A stretch of DNA of 63,399 nt, the filler included, from Perkinsus chesapeaki ATCC PRA-425 (lineage: Eukaryota > Protista > Perkinsozoa), in the NCBI GenBank assembly GCA_013115145.1. It is 12 parts of 12 records of this genome, joined end to end, with 100 filler letters (N's around TTAATTAATTAA, not from the genome) between each part and the next. Parts side by side here need not be neighbours in the genome. Positions count along the whole stretch, not along the records: positions 1 to 20,560 come from JAAPAO010000617.1; positions 20,661 to 22,953 come from JAAPAO010001634.1; positions 23,054 to 25,374 come from JAAPAO010001627.1; 9 more parts are not named here. The stretch is one strand, 5' to 3'. This document shows positions 13,167-25,474 of this stretch, one piece after another. Below the pieces are notes generated by a model, which saw only the letters and a program-made list of their open reading frames with translations, was not told where the DNA came from and searched no databases. Every line of letters starts with the position of its first letter. Position 1 is the stretch's first letter. A program made the position numbers and the translations under genes.

Positions 13167-16100
13167 ACCCCTTCTTATTTGTATACCGACAGGTATGGTC
13201 GTAGGCTCGACAAGTTTTTTCCACCTCGAGGATCGATCGTAGTCGACGACGCAGTTAGTAATACGCACTGCAGATAAAACCAGGATAAGATTGATAGGCG
13301 TGCTTCAGTAAATCGAGTACAGTGATAGGCTTTTTTTGTTATAGGTTCCAATATGACCGTGATTAAGCTAAGGAAAGGAGACAGAGATTGTGTCACGGGA
13401 TGATTGGGTGATCACAGTGATCAATACAGCATTTGCTTGCAAAACCAGCCCACTACTTCCGTACTTTGCTTTTCTCCCGGGGCCGTAAGTGAGAACATTC
13501 TGAAATAGCTGCTGCCATACTGTCTTTATCTTCCGCTGGAGCGTCTCCTTCCGTTAGGAAACGACGACGATCATCTCATTCTATTATGAAATATTGAGCA
13601 AAAACCTTCCAGAGCAGTCTCCATCAGAAGCCCGTGGCATTGGAGAGTGACATAGTTCCCATCCTGTCGTTTAAGCCGCCGCTGTCATGACTTTGCGTTC
13701 ATTCGTAGCAGGGGGACATCAGAGATCTACAAAGAAGTTCCTCGAAATTCAGAATGCAATCCTCGGCGTTAAAGCACGATCTCGTGGAAGTCTTTCGTTT
13801 GACTGCCGAGGAAGGTCATGTGAGCAGATCTGCCCTAATGGACGCGCTTGAGGGGAACACTGCCCCAGATAATGTGCTAAAGCACCAGTTAGTCTCATAA
13901 ACGTTTAAATCGATTGTAGTTGGCGAAGAGTATTATCAAAGTATCTGCAAACCATGAAGGAGCTGATAATGGCGAAGGGTTGGAAGACGTCGCAAATCTT
14001 AATGAGTACGCTTGAGCGGATGAACTCGTAGCCGGCAAAGTGCGAGACTAGGGCGTGGATCTGCCAATGAGCGGTGTTCTAGGCTCTCAAAATGACAGCA
14101 TGGGAACAGTGGGCGACAGAGTGATAACAACAATCCTATTTACAATCTTAGTTAGGCCACTAAGACGGTATCAGTGCCACTGATTCAGTGGTCTACTTTT
14201 ACACAGAAAATACTAGTGTTTATATGAATCCAGAAAACCTTCATCATAAATTTCGCATTCCTCCTTGGGACGGTGGCCCTCGCCGAGGACGCCGATTGTG
14301 ATCAGTTCATAACATGGGATATTTGGGGAAATATTTGTAACCTGAATCTGCGGCGCAACATTTTCGCTCACCAATAGCAGGATGCGATTGCCCTTAGCCG
14401 TTAATAACTTCTTCATCACATCGTTGCGCGGCAGATGGCAATGAGATACTTCACACGGAGATTTGCGTTGCTCGCAACTTTGTGTTTGCGGGGAAAAAGC
14501 GCGCTCGAGGAACGTCGTTGCCGTTTACAGCTGAGATACTAGCTGATACTAGCTGAGATACAGGCGTTGATACTATCAACACCTCTCAGATACGGCCAAC
14601 TTGAATCAAGTTACTTGATAGAGTCAGTGCCATATTATACTCACAGCACTTTTCTCTTTTTAAATTCCCCAGCGTGAAAATATGTGTCTACCTTCAGGTT
14701 CTTGGAGCACTTTTCTGGGGAAAGGGTGCGCAAGGCATTGATTGGGTTCGAAGTATTGGAGCAGTTCGACTCAAAGCGTGAAGGATGTAATAGTTACTAG
14801 TAGGCCGCAGTTTAGCCGCTTCTTAGCGTTCTCAGTCGTCGACTCAGAAGATCAAGATTTCATACCGACGGCATCTATCGACGATGCCCTGTGTGGTATA
14901 ACTCCTGGGTCGGCCCCTTCATTCAACCGAGTGTATAGTGTAACGCTGCGAACCAATCAAGATGTACGTAGCTGTATCTCCAAGCCGTCTCTAGCCATCG
15001 ACTCAAAAACTGAAACATACACTGCGCGGGCATGGCGTTGACATGAGAAACTCCCATCGTAAGGTCAGTTTGAATCCGTAGGGATCCCTGACTCATGGTA
15101 GCGTGGCGCACGTGCCTTCGTGACACTACAGTTTGTTCCAGTTCGCAAATCCGAAAGAAGTGGAGCGTGATCGGAATGCTTTCGTAAGGTTTGCAGGTTT
15201 AGTTCCACACCAACTTGGTTCTCAAATTGTTCGACATAATTCTGGACTGATTGCCGTACAGTTACTCGCGGACACTCCGTTATCTGCTTGCCTTTGAGGT
15301 ACGGAAAAGGATATCTTATCGTAATGCCACAAAAAAGACGCAAACGTGAGAAACCATCTGCAAAATAAAAGGAAGCACGTGGTTCTGAGTGGGGCAGGTT
15401 ACCTCCCACAGGTATCACTTAACGTCATCGCAGCCCAGCATAATAAAGCTTTTCAATGAAAAACTGACATTGGCTCCTGGAAAGGAAGGCTACATACGCC
15501 TTAGAATACTGCCGACCGCAAAGGAGTTACAGACAAGGTAGGTGGCGTATAACCCCTTAACGGGTAATTGTTCTGAGTGCTAAAGTACTCCTTAGCCGGT
15601 ATTCGTTGGTATCCAAGCTTTGCGCAGTGAACTGCCATTACCGATATCCGATGCAAGGCTCCGAAGTGTAAAAAGTGGAAGAAGCTTCGAAATTTGCTCA
15701 ACTCCATTCCCGCGATTACCGATTCCCGGACTGAAGTTCCTCTAGTAGAAGTTTGCTTTCAGAGTAATCCTTAACATCATTCCGTCGAATCCTCGGGCCC
15801 CCAGTGCTATACGAGAACGTCTTGCATTTGATGTCAAATACATAGAGTCGTGAATTTGACTGGACTTTGCAAGTGGTTGAGTTTAAGGTAGCTCGGACAT
15901 TGAGAAACCCACCGGTTTCAGTCTCGGTCACTACTAGTGAGTTCCTAGTAGGAACTGTTGGTTTAGGAGCTACTGACAGCCGTTATAACGTTGCTAATAC
16001 AGTAGTCTCTCTAATTATGGTTGATTTTGATGAAAGATGTCGTCGAAATCATGCACTATTACATAAATATGATTATGCTCATTAGTAAGGGCATAATCAT

Positions 16101-16803
16101 ATTCACTGGCGCGGTGAGAATGCATGGCAATGCGTGTAATGAGTCATTACATGTAGCGAGATACTATCGCCACTTCCGATTCGGGATGGGCTCTATTCAA
16201 TAGAATCTACTGGTTCAAATATGGCTGGTGTTTAAGCAATTTGCTCTGTTGTTGGTCGAATCCATCCTCCTATCTCCGCCTTCTGGCCTTTATTTTACGG
16301 TTTCCTGTTTTCACTCTTTAGGGATAAGTACGATTCGTACTGTGCCGACATTGAATCTAATTCACGGATTTTAGGTTCTAGTTTACGATTATACTGTAGT
16401 GTTTTGTTCGTATGTCTTTCGCTTCTGTTCGTCGGATCTGCCGCTTTATGGTACAGGTTCCAATATGCCTGATTAGCATTCTTAGAAGTATGCTGACTGA
16501 TGATAAATAAACTTACTCGGAGATAAACTCAACTCAAGACGAAATATCGAAAATAGAGTCTATCGGAAATAGAGACCTTGTTGCTAATAGTGAATAGTTA
16601 TACAGTAGTGAAGTACAATGGAAGAAAGTTATCCTAATAAAGATGCGGACTAACCAACTAACTCGTCTACTTCGTGTAGGACCCCTCTTATGGAGGCTTG
16701 TGCTCAGGGCTTGAAAAGACAGACGCCATCATCTCCAACTTGGTAACAGAATTCAGTATCGGGGCAATCCTGAGAGGAATACTCGATAGTTGAAGTATCC
16801 GTA

Positions 16804-17110
16804 TCAAGTTTTTTCACGTACACTGTCAGAACTGCACATTATTCCACAAAAGTTGGTACCAAAGCATACTGCAGTTCCTCTTGGTGGGGAAGGGCATGGA
16901 TCACTGCTGCAGTCTTGCGAGCACACCACTCCTTTGAGAGTCTTACCACTAGAGTCCTGATGCGAGCATAAAAATGAGGAAGGCGAGAGAACTACCGGGA
17001 CGAAACAGCCAAGGTCGGAGGTGCATCTACACCCCGTTATCCTATTTCCGTTATACTCGCACTTGCCCATCGGTTTATCATAACAGGCACCTGGAGCATC
17101 ATCTTTAGCA
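16804..17110 (-). CDS. Small cysteine-rich protein exon(s), possibly secreted
   Basis: ACYDKPMGKCEY..GCRC..GC..LC..VCSQDCSSDPCPSPPRGTAVCFGTNFCGIMC shows regular Cys spacing; family not identified. Confidence 0.35.
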
Positions 17111-18974
17111 GAGTGTGCGAAGCAAAAAGGAGGCGTCTCACCCTACCGTCGCTGATCGAAGCTTGCTTGAAAGGGGAATATCTGCAAGGAACGGTCAGCG
17201 AACGAGAAACTTCCCAATCCTACATGCTTCCTTGGTCACTCTCCTGGAGTATGAACTTGGATTCGGAATGTATAAATGCCGCGGTGAACAGAACTTTCTG
17301 CGCGAAACGCATAACGTTGTAAGGGGCAACGGGCGTCCGGTTGCTTCGCTGGCCCGTATGAGTGACATGTCTCCGAGACATTCTCGGGAGCGTCTCCGAG
17401 ATGTCTCTGATATTATGAGGTTCTCATTTACACAGCGTGGGGACTGAAATAGTCATCCGAAGATTTGCTACATGGCATTGCAATTCTCGTGGGCTGATAG
17501 TTCAAGAAAATGGAACACGTAAAATCATCCTCGACGGGTGGAAGTCCATTCCACTCACCGCTCTACCTTCGCATGACTACTACGATTTATCCGTGACCGC
17601 GGCGCTGAGTTTGTTGGCTGGGCAAGCCATTGAAGGCTAGATGCTCCGAGTTCCACGGGTCGTGGTCCTATCCGGCTCTCGTGTAAACAGCTATTGGGAT
17701 GATGTATTCGAAGGAAAAGCCAAGCAATGAAGTGCCACTGCGGACGGCATAATTTAACGGCATGTGACCGAGGGAGCGCCCGGCGCCCTTCGAAAGAATC
17801 TTACTCCCGAGCGAGGTCTGCGTAACTGGGATTCGATGCCCTTACCCAGGTCTGAAAGCGGTCCTCCTACGGTTAGGTTTATCAAGACGTGACAGTTATT
17901 TGATTTCTCGCGCAAGGCTACTCCGAGAACAGGAAATACATGGCGGTGAAATGACCGTCTCATGTAGACAACACCGACCCTTTTAATTGCAGCTCGGAGC
18001 GGACTCTTTCACGCGGTTGTTGTTGAGCAAAAAGGGTAAAACTATTCATGCATTTTGTGAGGTCGCTAATAGGAATTCGCGAACTTCCATTAGCCAAGAT
18101 AGACGCCAACGGAGTGGTATGCAGCTCGTATCGATGCCGTGTGAAAAATTCTCAATGGCACATTTCGTGGTTCATTCTTTCGTGTGTGTCAAACTGCAAG
18201 TATGCGTGGAGTTGATGCATATCCAATGCCTCTCAGAGACCGTCTCACTGACAGTGTCAGTGAGAGGCTAATCTTCTCAATTCATCGAGATGGATCAGCG
18301 AAGCTGAGACCAATGTTTGTCAAGCTCAGCCTCTCAAAAGGTTGACCTTGCTTAAGTAGGATTATATCGTAACGTATTCGGATACCGAATTGTTCGTGGT
18401 GTCGTCTTTTGCTTGTAACCTCAGCCGACAATCGCCACTTCCTAACAACTGAGGCACTTGCAGTAGTATTTTAAGCGATGCAGCTTGTCGACATTTTTCC
18501 TCAAGCAGTTCTTGAGAAGCACAACGGCTAATGTATATCTGAATAATGAATGTCGGAAAGTCTCGAGAGTTTCAGTCTGATAGGTGTCCCACACCTTTTC
18601 ATCTGATTTATTATTAGTTTCATGTCTCAACTAAACGATACCAGCGATCGTGTGAGTTGATGGCCCTGCCCAAAAGACTTCTCACTACGGAGAGTAGACG
18701 CTCTATATTAGGACGGTGCCCGATGTGCCTCCAAACATATCTTCGATGAACACAATATGTCATAGAATCTTCTGGAGAAAAAATTACGTAAGAACATCAC
18801 ATCACTCATCGTTGCATTGCGACGATAAAGATTCTTCAGGGTGACTCTCATCAAGATTCTCGTCTACTGCCGGCTGTTCGTCGTGTTCTTCAGTATTAGG
18901 CACTGTGATTTCGGCCTGCTCCTCTGTAGTATCGTCATTGGCTGGTTGCGGTGGTGCAGCAAAGTCCCCTTTCG

Positions 18975-19170
18975 TCAGCTTGAGGTTCAACAAAGCGTTC
19001 ACGTTGTTTCCTAATAAATAATGTCCATCGGTAATTTGTCAATTGGGCCTACCAGCTGAGGCTATTCCACTCAAATATGAGACTAGTAGTGATCTCTTCT
19101 TCAGAAATCATATGCTTGGCGAAGGCCAGCTCTTGTCGCCGTTGCTTCAGAAAGTTCGCGTATGCCCCGC
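18975..19170 (-). CDS. HMG-box-like domain split by a 42-nt intron
   Basis: AYANFLKQRRQELAF..EEEITTSLIFEWNSLS, then GT-AG intron 19011-19052, then WKQRERFVE; resembles the HMG-box pattern AY..F....R......EI...L...W..LS..EK..Y. Confidence 0.4.
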
Positions 19171-20560
19171 CTGAACAAGAAAAGATGGGACGAGCAGGAG
19201 GCAATGTTTAAACTAGTTACCTTTTGAAATGGCTGGTTGACTTGTTTTACGGTATGGATAACGGTCCTGAAGGGTGACTTTCAAATAACCACATGGCTGA
19301 CACAATGATCTACCTTATCTCGAGCCTTGCTGAAACCGTTATCTACGTTGAGCCTCATCCATCCACGTTTACTCACGTTGCCGAAGATCTCTGGATTCAC
19401 TTTCTTCGCCTCTCTCAAAGTCGTTTTTTTGTCCTCATTCTTCAGCTTCAGGAACTCCTCTTGTATCTCCTCAGGCGACGCCATGGCAAACAGTAACAAA
19501 ACTGGACGAGACCAAATTGCCATTGACTAAACATGCCCTTGGTAAGCATAGCTAACATGGTGCTAGAGATTACTTAATAACACCGCCACATCCCTCATAC
19601 AAGTTTATTTGGTTCCCCAGAAAGAAGAAATGGAATACATTAGAAATCCACAAGGTAGCTGGAAGCTCAACTGTGTAAAGAAGGAGCCTCGAGAACAACA
19701 ACACCATTAAACCTTACAGCATCTGACCAACATCGGCAAGTAGGAATAGGAACGTGATGATAGAGAGCTATCGATACTAGTAGACAGTGGTTGCTAGTCA
19801 GCCACTATTTCAGTAATATAGGTGTGGCAGCTGGAATAGGTTTCACTAAAGGAGGAACTGACCGTGGAAAAGTGAAGCACGGTGTCCAGAACCATCTCTA
19901 GACAGTTTTATGCTAGGCTCGTGTTATTCAATTCACCAATGGAGCCCTTTGTACGCAGGTGACGCGGAATTACCAAATCTTCCCATAGTGCCAGATTTTC
20001 GAAGTGTTGAGGACCCTGTACGATGCCCTAACCAACCTGTTTCGATTTTTAAATTACTCTGCTTATAGAGCAGAGGAAATGAGACTCAGAACCGTACTAG
20101 GTCTTGTCCGTCAGCGCGTAAACGTCAGGTACAACTTACACAACACTCTCACTATGTATTAGTTAAGTCAAACTCAGCTCAGCTCAAAGCTTATGCCGGG
20201 CATTACGGGCCATAGGCCAATCGCCCATACTCTTACGAATCCCACTAACTCGTACAACAGAAAGCGACCCTTGCTCCGGCTCCCCTACTTCAACAGACGC
20301 GACAAGGACAAAAGTTAATTAAGTATGAGGGAACGAATACAATAATGCGATCTACACGAGCCCGAGAGGATGAAGAGAACTATGCAACATGCTCCTCATA
20401 GCCGCCAACCATCGTTCTCGTGCTAGCAGGCTGTTAAGTCGTGCCAACTTCCCTCGATTCTAACCATCCTTGGGGGCCACCTACCTCATTGTTTGTGCTT
20501 GTGCAAAGCCAACTTCAATAATAACTCAAGTAGATCTGGGTTGGGAGAACGGTTTCCGCT

Positions 20561-20660
20561 NNNNNNNNNNNNNNNNNNNNNNNNNNNNNNNNNNNNNNNN
20601 NNNNTTAATTAATTAANNNNNNNNNNNNNNNNNNNNNNNNNNNNNNNNNNNNNNNNNNNN
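20561..20660. other. Artificial contig-joining linker N44-TTAATTAATTAA-N44 (also 22954-23053, 25375-25474, 30805-30904, 40475-40574, 41718-41817, 46543-46642, 51720-51819, 58631-58730, 60862-60961, 62054-62153)
   Basis: The same 12-mer, with stops in all six frames, sits centred in each 100-nt N block. Confidence 0.97.
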
Positions 20661-21059
20661 ATCTCCAAAAAGGTTCTCAGGTTGATATGGAGCTTGATAG
20701 TTCTGTTACCTCTACTAATACTGATTATAGTAAGGCTGAAGGTGCTATGCGACTAAAGTTTCCTTCGACTTGGAAGAAAGCAGCCACTACTAAAGGCACT
20801 GAGGAGATGGTTGAGCGTAGAGATCATACCGAGGAAGAAGTAGACTCTGATACTATCAAAAAGGAGGATAGCACTCCGGATGATAATATTGACGACACCT
20901 CTAAGATTGTAGAGGAGTGGGGCCTACTATTACAAGTTGGTATCGCTTATGTTGGCCGTGGTGCTCGAGCTATCGTTGACGATGACACCCTCATCCCTTC
21001 TGGAATGACTTACTTAGGAAGCCTTTCTCTCGATCAGTAATCAAACACTTTGGTACTTG

Positions 21060-22950
21060 CTCTCTATTCAAGAAGACTTCCTTTACACTAGCTATCAAAG
21101 TTGATGTAGTACGATCTTGGACAGGAATATTGATCATGTACTTCGTGGCAACGTCGACGAAACCGACGAATAATACCTGAACTCCGAAGGGTTCTCACTC
21201 TTGTGAGCTGGTAGGTCAACACCGGGACAAATTGGTCCTACATAGTCAAGTGCTATGCATTCCCATGGTTGCCAATCTACTTGAAGGAAGTGCACCAGTC
21301 GCCTTTCGGCTCGCGTGATCTGCACGCAGCTTCTCACAAGTATCACATTTATTAGCATACTTCTTGCATTTAGCCTTCATGTGCTTGAAATAAAATTCAG
21401 AGCATAATCTCTTGATGTTCATCGGTACACCACCATGTACATGGAGACGTTCAATGACTTCTGAAGTGAAATGTCTGAATCAGGAATAATATAACGAAGT
21501 CCTCCAAAGTCAACCGTCTCTTAACCGTCAATGGCCTTCCAAGATAGCGTTCTTTTACCAAGCAATTTAGTGGTTTCATCCAACTGAAGACCCCTTGTCT
21601 GAGGACTTTTCAGGATTGCACCTTCCTTAATCTTAATCTTCATACCTTGAATCCAGGGATCTTGTAGTTGAGATTGAAGCACCTTTGATCGAAGCATAGA
21701 GTCATTGGTCAGAACGAGTTGATAATGCTCATCCTCTTTCTCCCCTCCTATCACTGCAGAGTGAACATTAAGTACAGATCTATGGGAATGAGGATCATAC
21801 CGTAAGTTTCCTTTACTTCTGGACTTCTTGAGGCCACAGTCTATCTCTTCATTGAGCATCATCTCTTGACCAGAGCGCGTCGCCGCATCGGCTGGGTTTG
21901 CTCTACCTGCAACATGCTCGACAGTAAATCCCGTTTTGGTCAAAAACGTAATAATCTTTTGCAAGCGGTTTTTCTCGTAGGTACCCAAGTCGAGACGCTG
22001 ATGCTTCCCAGAAGACCAAGCTTTAAGTCGGTGTATTGTTATCTCCGAATCAGTGAAAAAGATCACCTTCTTAATCCTCGGACAATCCATCATAATCTTC
22101 TTAATAAGCTCCACTGCTCTGTAGAGACTATCTAGCTCCTTGGCCGGAATGGATCTAGAAGTTAATGGGTGTACTCCAACGCTACCAATGAATCTCACAT
22201 GGGGTGATTTGGATCGTTGCCCTTCACAATGCACGTCACATGCCCATAACGCCTCACTAGCATCACAAAAGCAATACAGTATGGTTGGGTCACAAAACCT
22301 GTCCCATGATATAGCTGAATGGCTGTCACTCACCGTGGCTACCCATTCCAATACTTCGTTGTAGAGAGTGTCCGGAACTACAGCTTCCCATGACCTTGTA
22401 GACATTGTCACCTTTCTTAGCAATAATCTCATTTGGCTAGCATGCTCAATGGACACTCCTAAGGGATCAAACTCCCTACTTAACAGACTCACACATAAAC
22501 CTTTACTTCCATGACCGGAGCGCAAGTTATGGTTGTCTCTCTGACTCCTCTGCCAGCACCATAGAGTGAGCTTATCCTGCCATTCCTGACATGATAGCCT
22601 AAGTGCCGAAAGTCATTGGTGTCCACTTCGCCCAAATAGGACACTACCTTCTTCAAGTTGATGTGACTGCCGTGTCTACCTAGTCTCCAAATGACGTACG
22701 TCGCAGCTCTCATGACCTCCAATGGAAACATACCACCAATACACCAATCATCTACATAGTAAGTTAGTAAATCATCCAACTCGGACGTACTTAAATTCCA
22801 GCCAGGCTTTTCGCCAGTCGGCTTCCATTCTTCTTGAACTGAGCAATCCCTAGAGACACATTGAGCAAGATCAGGAAGTAGGTGTTGCTCCTGGTCGATC
22901 TCATAGTAACCCAACACTATCTTCTTAAGTGATAATGACGATAACAATGG
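21060..22950 (-). mobile_element. BEL/Pao LTR retrotransposon pol remnant (RT end, RNase H, integrase start)
   Basis: YYVDDWCIGG, SLLSREFDPLG, YCFCDASE, PAKELDSL, IFFTDSE, HVAGRANPADAATR, then an HHCC-like region (RLHVHGG..KCDTCEK) and PWECIALDYVGP; frameshifted. Confidence 0.85.
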
Positions 22951-23053
22951 AGGNNNNNNNNNNNNNNNNNNNNNNNNNNNNNNNNNNNNNNNNNNNNTTA
23001 ATTAATTAANNNNNNNNNNNNNNNNNNNNNNNNNNNNNNNNNNNNNNNNNNNN

Positions 23054-23210
23054 AACATATTTCCTATCAAACTCCTTTCTATTATATCTCCTCCTCCGTA
23101 TCACTAGTAACATATTTCCTATCAATCTCTTTTCTATTATATCTCCTCCTCCGTATCACTAGTAACATATTTCCTATCAATCTCTTTCCTATTATATCTC
23201 CTTCTCCCCT
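23054..23210 (+). repeat. 55-bp tandem repeat at a contig start, about 2.9 copies
   Basis: aacatatttcctatcaa..ctttctattatatctcctcctccgtatcactagt starts at 23054, 23109 and 23164. Confidence 0.92.
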
Positions 23211-23848
23211 ATATTACCGCTTCTGTACTTCATTCCATAATTTGCCAATGGTCTCCACTAACTCTATCTCCTTGCTTCCTCGGCTCAATGTTATCAATCC
23301 TTCTATTATATTGCATCTTCTCGGACTTTTTCGGGGGGTCATATACACTTCCGAACTACTAATATTAAATAATATTTGGAAGCTTATACGGCGATCACAG
23401 TGGAGCTCGGCGGTGGGCCTGGCTCTCACCACGGCGAAGCTAATGTCTCTCTTGGAAAGCCTTTATGTAGTCGTTTAGCGAGCACCCTGTATAGTGCATC
23501 AATACCGTGACTCTGTATCTGCGCCGCCCGAATCTGCGACATATTCCAGTCTGCGATGATGATAATGCAACTGATTAATCTTTAACACAAATCGAAGTGG
23601 AGAATAGCCGGCCACATGAGGTTGGCTTAAGTTGATCTGAGTCCCTTCGGTTTGCTAGTCTATCCATATAATACTATTCACAACTCAAAAAGTGGACGCT
23701 TCTGACCATGCGGCAGTAAGGCCACTCGGCTGACCATGAATCGAAAAATTTTGCGCAGAAGATCAGCGCGTTTAATTTAGCGCTCGCCATTCTAATCGAT
23801 ATCTTTTGCGATCTCATTTCCTCGGTCGGGCCATTGCATGCTGGAGCC

Positions 23849-24408
23849 CAGAATCGATTCTAGCATTTTACGTTTGGAAAGCAGTTCTGGAATCGACTCT
23901 GGACTTCAAAAATCGGTTTATTGAAGGACTCTTATTTCTCAACATAAAATTATTCCCTACTAGAAACCATTTAAGAATAGCACCATGGGCTTGGTTACCA
24001 CAGTAAGACAAAAATGCATTACTCTCTACTCTCATCCACTTCAGAGGCCCCACGTTGATTTGTCTGTGAGGCAGCATCTTTGTCATTCGCCATAGTGGTT
24101 AGTATAATATATAGATATTGCCCTCGCTCGGAAGGGTTGAGGCCCCCTAGTAGCCATAGCTGGTGTCTATAATATATATCTTCACTGTATGCTTAGTAAG
24201 TAGTATTTATGTACATATTTACTGTAGGTTTAGCGTACGCAGAAAACTGGCGCCGCGGTAAATGTTATCGTACCAGGTTATAATCAATAAAATTCTGGGA
24301 TCGTTGAATAAACCGATTTTGAAATTCAGAATCGATTCCAGAACTGCTTTTAACACGTAAAATGCGATGCTGGAATCGATTCTGAATCTCAGAATTGGTT
24401 TAATGAAC
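23849..24408. repeat. Two inverted copies of a ~80-105 bp quasi-palindromic (MITE-like) unit
   Basis: 23849-23925 matches the reverse complement of 24304-24384 with scattered differences. The core gaatcgattc occurs twice per copy, and 24304-24408 folds on itself. Confidence 0.8.
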
Positions 24409-25225
24409 ATTGGGTCTATAAGTTACGGTAAAATATATATATATTAAAAATGGAGCAGATGATGCCTCGGAGATGGTGTTATTACCTTTGTGCGTGACAC
24501 ATGTAGTATATTTCCATTACAGTGATTGCTATTAGTATTCCCGAGTCCACTATTTATATAGTACTGCATATTAATAATGTGATATACTTCTACCAGTTTG
24601 CACTTAATTGATTGTATAATCTGAAATATACGGTTATCTTCTCAACCTTTTAACTTTAATAGTTATAGCTTTCACGGCGATGCCTCCATATGTGCTACTG
24701 TGCCATGGATGCTTTCTTATTTACTATTATTAGTAATTATTTGTTTAATATCTTTCAATGTTATATAGTACTCTATCGGATTTTTAATACCTACTACACC
24801 TTATTAGCTTTCTTATAGGCATTTTTAAATGGCAGCTTCGAACGAAATAGGAGCTACGGCCCAAACAGGTACGCTCTCAAGGATATGTTTTAGCCATATT
24901 CTTCGGGAAATTGTTGCAGAAATCGGTATGAGATAAGTAGTTCTCTACATGTTAGATATTTCCCACCGTAGACCAATTTTTTTCAGGAAAAATATTTTTT
25001 TTTCAGGTTCATCACGGCGTTTTAAAAGGGATACGTCAGCTGGTGCATCCGGGTAGGGTTGCCAGATTGGTGTGGGTATAATGTCATTTTTCAGGCATAC
25101 TGCTGCGTTGTCGAATAGCCGAGGTGGGTGAAGCAGGGGGTTATGCGGCCTCACAGAAATGTGCTACTCGGGGAGCTAAACGTAGCCGTGATGCGAAGGA
25201 AATTTGGTAGAAAATGTAGTGCTAG

Positions 25226-25374
25226 TACTATAATAATATATAAATGTAATGATATAATAATATATAAATGTAATGATATAATAATATATGAATGTAATGA
25301 TATAATAATATATAAATGTAATGATATAATAATAATATATAAATGTAATGATATAATAATAATATATAAATGTA
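25226..25374 (+). repeat. 24/27-bp AT-rich minisatellite running into a gap
   Basis: About six copies of tataataatatataaatgtaatga. Confidence 0.9.
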
Positions 25375-25474
25375 NNNNNNNNNNNNNNNNNNNNNNNNNN
25401 NNNNNNNNNNNNNNNNNNTTAATTAATTAANNNNNNNNNNNNNNNNNNNNNNNNNNNNNNNNNNNNNNNNNNNN

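Noticed and set aside
20300-20400. SSSRARVDRIIV resembling an APE endonuclease C-terminal motif
   Set aside because: Isolated motif near a contig end; insufficient support.
20605-20616. TTAATTAATTAA repeated at 11 sites, and ORFs that run into or end in it
   Set aside because: Artificial six-frame-stop linker inside N blocks. For the same reason I inferred no operon-like or synteny relationships across gaps.
25045-25056. TAGGGTTGCCA, an hAT-like TIR word
   Set aside because: No matching inverted copy or target-site duplication on this contig.
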